64,000 bases of DNA from an uncultured Chloroflexia bacterium (GTDB lineage Bacteria > Chloroflexota > Limnocylindria > Limnocylindrales > CSP1-4). Positions 57,159-64,000 of this stretch are shown piece by piece; the stretch's first letter is position 1; every line of letters starts with the position of its first letter. The stretch is taken from NCBI GenBank assembly GCA_963795645.1, contig CAWCIK010000006.1:1298259-1362258 (forward strand), given 5' to 3'. The position numbers and the translations under genes were made by a program. The notes beneath the pieces are model-generated. The model had not been told where the DNA came from. It saw nothing but the letters and a program-made list of their open reading frames with translations, and made no database searches.

Positions 57159-58651
57159 CGGTCGCTCTCGGCGAACCAGTCGGTCGAGTGCTCGGCGAGG
57201 TTGACGTAGACGTTCTTGACCTCGGTGAACGACTCGATCGCGTGCGGCCCGTTCTCGCGTCCCCAACCGCTCTGACGGAAGCCGCCGAATGGTGCCTCGC
57301 TGGTGACGACGTTGTACATGTTGACCCAGATCGTGCCCGCCCTGATCGCGCGCGCCACGCGGTGCGCGAGCTTCACGTCGCGCGTCCAGACGCCCGCGGT
57401 CAGGCCGAAGATCGTGTCGTTGGCGATCCGGATCGCGTCCTCGGGCGTGTCGAAGGGCATGATCGCCACGACCGGGCCGAAGATCTCCTCGCGCGCAATG
57501 CGCATCTCGGGATGAATGTCGACAAAGACTGTCGGCGCTATGTAGTTGCCCCGCGCGAGCTCCGGCGCGGACGGCTTGACGCCTCCGATCAGCAGTCGCG
57601 CACCTTCCTCCCGACCTGAGCGGATGTGGTCCATGACGCGCGAGCAGTGGGTCGGCGAGATCAGTGGCCCGACGTCCGTCCGTGGATCAAGCGGATCGCC
57701 CATGCGCAATGCACCGGCGCGCTCGGTGAAGCGGGCGACAAAGGCGTCGAAGATGGGCCGCTGGACGAGCAGCCGCGAGCCGGCCGTGCAGATCTGACCC
57801 TGCGTCCAGAAGACGCCGAAGAGCGCGCCTGCGACGGCATCCTCGAGGGGCGCGTCCGCGAAGACGATGTTGGGCGCCTTTCCGCCCAGCTCGAGCGACA
57901 CACGCTTGAGGTTGCCTGCCGCCCCGGCGGCGATCTGCTTGCCAACGTCGGTCGAGCCGGTGAACGTGATCTTGTCGACGTCGGGGTGCTCGACCAGCGC
58001 CTGGCCGACCTTCGAATCTCCGATGACGACGTTGATCACGCCGGGCGGCAGGCCCGCTTCCTGGCAGATCTCGCCCAGGCGCAGTGTCGTCAGCGGCGTG
58101 TCGGACGCCGGCTTGATGACGACCGTGTTGCCCGCTGCCAGCGCTGGTCCGAGCTTCCAGGAAGCAAGCAGGAGCGGGAAATTGAAGGGCGTGATCGCGC
58201 CGACCACGCCGAGCGGCTCGCGCAGCGTGTAGCTCAGCACGTCGCCCGGAACCGGCAGCGTCTCGCCGGTGATCTTGGTCGCGAATCCGGCCCAGTACTC
58301 GAAGCAGTCGGCCGAGAGCGGCACGTCGATCTGGCTGCTCTCACGGATCGGTTTGCCGTTGTTGCGCGTCTCGAGCTCGGCGATGGCCTGGTTGTCACGC
58401 TCCATCAGAGCGGCGACGCGGAGCAGGTAGCGTCCGCGCTCGCTGGCCGACATGCGCGGCCACGGCCCCTCGTCGAACGCGCGCCGCGCCGCGGCAACGG
58501 CGGCATTGAGGTCGCGCAGGTCACCGGCCGGGACCTCGGCCAGCGGCTCGCCCGTGGCCGGGTTGTGGACGGTGGTCAGCCGGCCGCTGGCAGGCGCGAC
58601 CCAGCGGCCGTCGATGAGCTGGTTGGGGAAGGTCAACAGCGGGCTCGTCAC
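57155..58651 (-). CDS. NAD(P)-dependent aldehyde dehydrogenase, classical non-acylating type (AldA / betaine-aldehyde-DH-like)
   Basis: ITPFNFPLLL, VIKPASDTPLTT, ELGGKAPNIVFADA, GQICTAGSRL (catalytic Cys), EEIFGPVVAI, PFGGFRQSGWGRENG. Not the PduP/EutE acylating type. GTG start placed at MTSPLLTFPNQLIDGRW; a CTG overlapping the permease stop is an alternative. Confidence 0.85.
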   Translation of the reverse strand: MTSPLLTFPNQLIDGRWVAPASGRLTTVHNPATGEPLAEVPAGDLRDLNAAVAAARRAFDEGPWPRMSASERGRYLLRVAALMERDNQAIAELETRNNGKPIRESSQIDVPLSADCFEYWAGFATKITGETLPVPGDVLSYTLREPLGVVGAITPFNFPLLLASWKLGPALAAGNTVVIKPASDTPLTTLRLGEICQEAGLPPGVINVVIGDSKVGQALVEHPDVDKITFTGSTDVGKQIAAGAAGNLKRVSLELGGKAPNIVFADAPLEDAVAGALFGVFWTQGQICTAGSRLLVQRPIFDAFVARFTERAGALRMGDPLDPRTDVGPLISPTHCSRVMDHIRSGREEGARLLIGGVKPSAPELARGNYIAPTVFVDIHPEMRIAREEIFGPVVAIMPFDTPEDAIRIANDTIFGLTAGVWTRDVKLAHRVARAIRAGTIWVNMYNVVTSEAPFGGFRQSGWGRENGPHAIESFTEVKNVYVNLAEHSTDWFAESDR

Positions 58652-58659
58652 GGCCGCGG

Positions 58660-59610
58660 TCAGTCCCTGAACCGGTCGAGCGAGATGGCCACGATCAGGA
58701 TCGCGCCGAGCAGGACACGCTGGTACTCGGAATCGACGTGGAGCAGGATCAGGCCGTTGAGCAGGCTGGCCAGGAAGATCGACGCTATAAGCGTGTTCTC
58801 GATCCGGCCTCGACCGCCCTGCAGTCCGGCACCGCCGAGGATGACCGCGGTCAGGACCGGAAACAGCGCCGCATCGCCGAGCGACGCCGTCGCCTGCGAT
58901 ACGCGCGATACCCAGACCACTCCACCCAGGCCGGCCAACGCCCCAGCTGCGATGAAGACGGCCATCCGAATCCGATTGACGCGGATGCCCGCACGGAACG
59001 CCGCCTCGCGGTTGTCGCCGACGAGGTAGACATGGGCGCCGAACGGAGTCCGGTTGAGGATGAACCAGGCGATCGTGTAGCCGATGAACATGAGCAGGAC
59101 CGGGATGGGCACGATGCCGATGTAGCCGCCCGCCAGCCAGTCGATCGGATCGAGCGCGGGACCGGTGATCGCGTGGCCCTGCGTATAGACCAGGCCAATG
59201 CCGAGCACGACGCTGAGCATGCCCAGAGTGGCTACGACCGACGGGATGCGGAAGAAGGTCACGAGTGTGCCGTTCACCACGCCGACAAGCGTGCCGATGA
59301 GAACCGCGGCGCCGATCGCGATGATCGGGTCGTAGCCCGAGACGAGCAGCTCCGCGGCGGTCACGCCGGCGACGCCGATGACGCTGCCGAACGAGAGGTC
59401 GAGCTCGCCGACCAGGATGACGAACGTCGCGCCGATGGCCGGGATGGCATAGATCGAGGCCTGGCGCAGGAGGAGCGGGATATTCCGCTCGGTCAGGAAC
59501 GTGTCCGTGGTGAACGACAGGAAGATGATCCAGCCGATGAAGAAGACGATGAAGCCGTAGTCGGCCAGGAAGTCGATGACGCGGACCCGGATGGGCGTGC
59601 GGTGCAGCAT
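58660..59610 (-). CDS. Sugar ABC transporter permease (RbsC/BPD_transp_2 family)
   Basis: 8-10 TM segments and the conserved GG.G...N.L...D.G motifs of monosaccharide ABC permeases. ATG at 59610 chosen (a TTG at 59664 is the alternative). Confidence 0.8.
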   Translation of the reverse strand: MLHRTPIRVRVIDFLADYGFIVFFIGWIIFLSFTTDTFLTERNIPLLLRQASIYAIPAIGATFVILVGELDLSFGSVIGVAGVTAAELLVSGYDPIIAIGAAVLIGTLVGVVNGTLVTFFRIPSVVATLGMLSVVLGIGLVYTQGHAITGPALDPIDWLAGGYIGIVPIPVLLMFIGYTIAWFILNRTPFGAHVYLVGDNREAAFRAGIRVNRIRMAVFIAAGALAGLGGVVWVSRVSQATASLGDAALFPVLTAVILGGAGLQGGRGRIENTLIASIFLASLLNGLILLHVDSEYQRVLLGAILIVAISLDRFRD

Positions 59611-59630
59611 GGGGACGTCGGCCGCGACGC

Positions 59631-61793
59631 TCACGAGGCCGGCTCCAGGCGCAGCACGGCACAACCCTGCGGCGGCACCTCGAACGTGAACGACACGACA
59701 TCTTCGTCGCCGGTCGCGTTGTTCGCCGCGATCGGCGGAGCCGACGCGTTGACGCTGACCGCGTTGTAGGCGACGCCGGCCTCAAGGCCGACTCTCGTGC
59801 GCGGCAGGTTGACCGTGACCTGGCGCGCAAAGCGCGAGTCGCCCATCCAGCCCGACTCGAGGTTGCCCAGCAGCAGGTGGATGCGCCCATTGCTACGCCA
59901 GCAGCTGACCGTGACCGGCTCGTGGGCGGCCACCTGGTCGACGCTCAACCCACCGCTTTGGGCGGCGCGATCGTTGAGCAGACGGGCGACCTCCACGTAC
60001 GGGTTGACGCTGCCGATCTGCGAATGAGGGACGAGCGGGTTACCCGGGTCGGCCAGGTCGGGCGGTTGCCAGTGGTAGACGCCGTCGCGACCGGCGAGAA
60101 GAGGCAGACCATCGGACGCGTAGCCGATCCAGGTGCCTTCGTCGGCGCTCAGCGCGCTGCGCTCGGGCAGGTGAACACGTTCCTCGGGCGCCAGGTCGTG
60201 GCTCGACGGCGCTCCGAGACGGTAGCCATCGGGCTGGCGTTCGCCGGTCAGGGCGACGCCCGCCGCGGTCAGGAGCGCCGGCTCGACCAGGTCCGCCCGG
60301 CCGCTGCCGACGAGTGCACCCCAGCGGCCATCGAGCTTTCCCGCTGCCGCTGCCGACGGCATCTGCCAGAGCAGGCCGTCGGGCCACTGCCCGGGCAGCC
60401 ACTCTGGGCGGCTGGCGGCCAGGAAGGCCGCCCCCCATTTGAGCGCCATTCCGGCATAGTCCTCGGCCCACTCGCTGCCGTTGCTGGCCGGGTCGTGCTC
60501 GTACTTGGCCTCGAGGCCGGCCCGGTCATGGACGAGCAGCGGCCCGAAGACGGCCTCGATGCCAGCGGCGCTCGACTCTGCCGCGGCCAGCCGCGTGGCA
60601 AGGAAGTCGACGTCCTGCGTGCTGATCAGGCGCTTGTTCCAGTCGTTCATCCAGCTGATGTAGGTCCCCTCGGGAACCACCGGCCGGCCGTCGCGATCGA
60701 GCACAGCGGCGTGGCCGAAGGCCCACATCGCCCATTCGAGCTTTCCCGGCGTGTCGTGCAGCGTGTCCCACGGCTCCCAGCCGTCCCAGGTCTCGATCAA
60801 GTTGTATTGGCGGCACGGGCTTGCCCCTGTCGCGGCGCGCGTCTCGTTGCCGCCGCGGATCTGGGCGCCGTGGCCGAGCAGGTAGGCGAGCTGGAAGGTC
60901 CAGCCCTTCCAAGTGTCATCCCACCAGTCTTGCCAGGCACCGCCCCAGGTCTGGTCGATGAAGATGTCGAGTGCGCCGTCGGCGACTATCGCCTCCAGGT
61001 CGACGCAGCCGGCGAGCCACTCCGACGTGCCGCTGATGCCGCTCGAATAGGTCATCACCAGGCCTTCGGGATGGGCTTCCTTGCACGCCCGGAAGAGGCG
61101 CCGGACAGCGTCGGTCCACGAGCGGTTCTCGTCCGGGTCGCTCGAGGCGACGCTGCCATACGGGCCTACGCGGGTGTAGAGCAGCGGGCCGAACATGCCG
61201 TCGCGCAGGTGGATCAGGTCGAGCCCGAGATAACGGGCGACCGAGCCCCACTGGGCGCCGAAGAACTCTGGAAAGGGCTCGCCCTCGGCGATGCCGTCGG
61301 GCCGAGTCGCGTAGCGGTACGAGTCGGCATGAAGCCGCACTCGAGGATCGAGGTCGGGTCCGGGCAGGGGCGAGATGTCGAGCGGATAGAGCTCGGGATG
61401 GCGGTCGTACCAGAACGAATAGAGGTCGTACATGCTGCCCGTATCAGGCGGGGCCACGACCTGGCCGAGACCGGCGATGAGCACGCCCATCTTGATGTCG
61501 GTCAGGCCGTGCGCGGCATACGCCGCACGGAGCGAGGAGATGAACTCGCGCAGGTCGGCATAGCTGAGGCCGGCCCAGCGCGCGTAGCGGCGGGAGCGGA
61601 GCGGCAGCGGCTGGTCGCCGCTGCCGCTCCATTCGGTTACGAGATCGGCCAGCCAGCCGATGTTGAAGCAGACGCCGCGCAGATCACGCTCACCCGCCAA
61701 CAGGGGCAGGGTGCGCTCGGCAAACTCGACCTGGCGGTCGGCCCAGGGCCGTTCGCCAAACCAGTCGATGTCCACCTCGATCCAGCGGTCCAC
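59631..61793 (-). CDS. Hypothetical 720-aa cytoplasmic protein (Trp-rich; possibly glycoside-hydrolase-like TIM barrel) embedded in the sugar ABC transporter gene set
   Basis: GTG start with GAGGGAGA SD 25 nt after the SBP stop; no signal peptide; many W/Y/D residues (QTWGGAWQDWWDDTWKGW); no family recognised. Confidence 0.55.
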   Translation of the reverse strand: MDRWIEVDIDWFGERPWADRQVEFAERTLPLLAGERDLRGVCFNIGWLADLVTEWSGSGDQPLPLRSRRYARWAGLSYADLREFISSLRAAYAAHGLTDIKMGVLIAGLGQVVAPPDTGSMYDLYSFWYDRHPELYPLDISPLPGPDLDPRVRLHADSYRYATRPDGIAEGEPFPEFFGAQWGSVARYLGLDLIHLRDGMFGPLLYTRVGPYGSVASSDPDENRSWTDAVRRLFRACKEAHPEGLVMTYSSGISGTSEWLAGCVDLEAIVADGALDIFIDQTWGGAWQDWWDDTWKGWTFQLAYLLGHGAQIRGGNETRAATGASPCRQYNLIETWDGWEPWDTLHDTPGKLEWAMWAFGHAAVLDRDGRPVVPEGTYISWMNDWNKRLISTQDVDFLATRLAAAESSAAGIEAVFGPLLVHDRAGLEAKYEHDPASNGSEWAEDYAGMALKWGAAFLAASRPEWLPGQWPDGLLWQMPSAAAAGKLDGRWGALVGSGRADLVEPALLTAAGVALTGERQPDGYRLGAPSSHDLAPEERVHLPERSALSADEGTWIGYASDGLPLLAGRDGVYHWQPPDLADPGNPLVPHSQIGSVNPYVEVARLLNDRAAQSGGLSVDQVAAHEPVTVSCWRSNGRIHLLLGNLESGWMGDSRFARQVTVNLPRTRVGLEAGVAYNAVSVNASAPPIAANNATGDEDVVSFTFEVPPQGCAVLRLEPAS

Positions 61794-61817
61794 TCGGCGT
61801 CTCCCTCGCTATCGGGC

Positions 61818-63908
61818 CTACTGACCCTGACCCATGTACGTGGAGACCGGCACTTCGAGCGAGTTCGGCACCAGCGCTCCGGCCATCAGCTTGGCGATGG
61901 CGTTGGCCGCCAGCGTGCCTGTGCCGGCGGGGTTGGTGTCGACGCAGCCGCGGTACATCGTGCCCTGGTCGATCAGGGTGACCGCCGCGGGATCACAGTC
62001 GATGCCGAAGATGGCTACGTCATCGGCCGTCTTGCCGGCCTGGTCGAGGTACTGGTAGGCGCCCAGGTCGCCGCCGTCGTTGATGCCGGTGACGAGCCTG
62101 ATGGCGGGGAACGCGGTGAAGGCCGTCTCGGTCGAGGCGACCGCGTTTTCGGCCAGACCGCCGAGGTAGCGGCCGACGACGTTGACGTTCGGGTTGGTTT
62201 CGGTGAGGCCCTGCTGGATCGCGTCGGCGCGAGCGACCAGGTCGGGGATGTCGGGGTAGTCGAGGATCATCGTCTGGACTTCCTCGCCGGGCCACGTCTG
62301 GGCCGCGAAGGTGCCCGCCGAGCGGCCTTCCTGGAGGCCGATAGTCAGGTTGTCGACGCTGATGCCGACGGCGCCCGTGTCACCCAGATCGAGTCCGGTG
62401 ACCTGGACCACGATGATGCCATCGTTGATCGCGGTCGTGGCCGCATCGCCTACGGTCGCCGACGAGCTGGTCGTGATGATCGCCGCGACGCCGTCCTGGA
62501 CGAAGCCCTCGAAGCACTGCAGCGCCTTGTCGGCGTCAGTCTGCGAATTGCAGATGTTGACCGTGGCGCCCATGGCTTCGAGTGCGTTCTTGGCCGTGTT
62601 GTTGAGCAGCGTGTGGTACTCGGTCTCCATCGTCGTGGCGACGATGCCGACCGTCTTGCCGGCCAGCGCGGCCGATGCTGCGGTCTGCTCCTCGGGGGTG
62701 AGCTCGAAGTCCGAGCCCTGGCCCTTCTGGCCGAGTGCCACGGCGCCGTTGCCAACCGAGACCTTGCCCTGGTAGGTCGAGACCGGAACCTCGACACTGC
62801 CCGGAACGTCCGCTCCGGCCATCAGCTTGGCGATGGCGTTGGCCGCCAGCGTGCCTGTGCCGGCGGGGTTGGTGTCGACGCAGCCGCGGTACATCGTGCC
62901 CTGGTCGATCAGGGTGACCGCCGCGGGATCACAGTCGATGCCGAAGATGGCTACGTCATCGGCCGTCTTGCCGGCCTGGTCGAGGTACTGGTAGGCGCCC
63001 AGGTCGCCGCCGTCGTTGATGCCGGTGACGAGCCTGATGGCGGGGAACGCGGTGAAGGCCGTCTCGGTCGAGGCGACCGCGTTTTCGGCCAGACCGCCGA
63101 GGTAGCGGCCGACGACGTTGACGTTCGGGTTGGTTTCGGTGAGGCCCTGCTGGATCGCGTCGGCGCGAGCGACCAGGTCGGGGATGTCGGGGTAGTCGAG
63201 GATCATCGTCTGGACTTCCTCGCCGGGCCACGTCTGGGCCGCGAAGGTGCCCGCCGAGCGGCCTTCCTGGAGGCCGATAGTCAGGTTGTCGACGCTGATG
63301 CCGACGGCGCCCGTGTCACCCAGATCGAGTCCGGTGACCTGGACCACGATGATGCCATCGTTGATCGCGGTCGTGGCCGCATCGCCTACGGTCGCCGACG
63401 AGCTGGTCGTGATGATCGCCGCGACGCCGTCCTGGACGAAGCCCTCGAAGCACTGCAGCGCCTTGTCGGCGTCAGTCTGCGAATTGCAGATGTTGACCGT
63501 GGCGCCCATGGCTTCGAGTGCGTTCTTGGCCGTGTTGTTGAGCAGCGTGTGGTACTCGGTCTCCATCGTCGTGGCGACGATGCCGACCGTCTTGCCGGCC
63601 AGCGCGGCCGATGCTGCGGTCTGCTCCTCGGGGGTGAGTGTCAGATCGTCGGCCGTCCCCTTCTGACCGACGAGGACGCTGCCGTTACCCGAAGCGGGTG
63701 TGCTCGGCGCCGCTGTCTCGGGCGCCGCTGTCACGGGCGCCGCTGTCTCAGGCGCCGCTGTCACGGGCGCCGCTGTCACAGGTGCCGCCGTTGCCGTTGG
63801 CTCCGGCGCAGCGCTCGCAGGCGCCGCTGTGGGCGACGCCGTCGGCGTGCCCGAGCACGCCGCGACCATCAGTACGGCCGCCGCGGCCGTCAACCAGGTT
63901 CGCTTCAT
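61818..63908 (-). CDS. Lipoprotein sugar-binding protein (periplasmic-binding-protein type I, RbsB-like) with two tandem binding modules
   Basis: ATG with AGAGGAGG SD; lipobox LMVAAC-S; Ala/Pro/Thr linker encoded by tandem 18-bp repeats (63700-63800); then two about 312-aa PBP modules that are 100% identical at the nucleotide level over about 830 bp. Confidence 0.8.
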   Translation of the reverse strand: MKRTWLTAAAAVLMVAACSGTPTASPTAAPASAAPEPTATAAPVTAAPVTAAPETAAPVTAAPETAAPSTPASGNGSVLVGQKGTADDLTLTPEEQTAASAALAGKTVGIVATTMETEYHTLLNNTAKNALEAMGATVNICNSQTDADKALQCFEGFVQDGVAAIITTSSSATVGDAATTAINDGIIVVQVTGLDLGDTGAVGISVDNLTIGLQEGRSAGTFAAQTWPGEEVQTMILDYPDIPDLVARADAIQQGLTETNPNVNVVGRYLGGLAENAVASTETAFTAFPAIRLVTGINDGGDLGAYQYLDQAGKTADDVAIFGIDCDPAAVTLIDQGTMYRGCVDTNPAGTGTLAANAIAKLMAGADVPGSVEVPVSTYQGKVSVGNGAVALGQKGQGSDFELTPEEQTAASAALAGKTVGIVATTMETEYHTLLNNTAKNALEAMGATVNICNSQTDADKALQCFEGFVQDGVAAIITTSSSATVGDAATTAINDGIIVVQVTGLDLGDTGAVGISVDNLTIGLQEGRSAGTFAAQTWPGEEVQTMILDYPDIPDLVARADAIQQGLTETNPNVNVVGRYLGGLAENAVASTETAFTAFPAIRLVTGINDGGDLGAYQYLDQAGKTADDVAIFGIDCDPAAVTLIDQGTMYRGCVDTNPAGTGTLAANAIAKLMAGALVPNSLEVPVSTYMGQGQ
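61875..63638. repeat. In-frame tandem duplication, period 936 bp; 61875-62702 is identical to 62811-63638
   Basis: Line-by-line comparison at offset 936 shows identity. The ORF track shows identical antisense ORFs 62020..62295 and 62956..63231 and matching + ORFs 62311 and 63247. Flanks diverge (C-terminus ...VPVSTYMGQGQ vs the inter-module ...VPVSTYQGKVSVGNG). Confidence 0.85.
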
Positions 63909-64000
63909 GAGGCCTCCTCTGTCTGTTTGGCCCTGAACCGTGGGCTCCATCCCCCGTTGTGTTGCTGCCGGCCGTCCCGTTCCCTAATGCGGGTATTCAG

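Overview
High-GC (about 68-70%) bacterial chromosomal segment with roughly 60 genes on both strands, tightly packed. Adjacent genes often overlap as ATGA, GTGA or CTGA start/stop, and GTG/TTG starts are common. The gene content is actinobacterial or Chloroflexi-like. The left two thirds (1-48 kb) is mixed housekeeping and accessory content: ATP-dependent PEP carboxykinase; tryptophanase; malate dehydrogenase; a MetB-like PLP enzyme; an S9 peptidase; a marR-ClC channel pair; a tetR-ABC-2 exporter operon; a dtxR-FTR1 iron permease pair; and signalling genes (PAS-GGDEF and two class III adenylate cyclases, one fused to AAA+/TPR, one to SHOCT). There are several secreted or low-complexity proteins: a glycine-rich protein, an EAPAMP-repeat DUF4177 protein, and two Zn-ribbon/Pro-Thr-linker paralogs. 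Genes with internal frameshifts are conspicuous: two large oxidoreductase genes (14.0-18.9 kb) carry about 18 frameshifts between them; mmsA has 4; a dihydropyrimidinase has 1 inside a (GC)5 tract; both Pro-Thr-linker paralogs are frameshifted. The right third (48.0-63.9 kb, minus strand) is the most interesting part. It is one long operon: a lipoprotein sugar-binding protein (with a perfect 936-bp in-frame tandem duplication), a 720-aa unknown protein, an ABC permease, then a classical NAD aldehyde dehydrogenase, an Fe-alcohol dehydrogenase, and a complete bacterial microcompartment shell gene set (2 BMC-H, 2 BMC-T, 1 BMC-P). Next comes a 1245-codon stop-free ORF that concatenates an unrecognised 170-aa domain, an AMP-forming acyl-CoA ligase and a double-SIS sugar-phosphate isomerase/deaminase, followed by two PfkB sugar kinases. 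No canonical BMC signature enzyme, PduP/EutE-type acylating aldehyde dehydrogenase or PduL phosphotransacylase is present in the window. This looks like a non-canonical, possibly undescribed sugar-phosphate/lactaldehyde-type metabolosome locus. No rRNA, tRNA, CRISPR or obvious mobile elements were seen. Small-motif coordinates are approximate (about +/-2 nt); CDS starts were placed by frame arithmetic from the ORF track.
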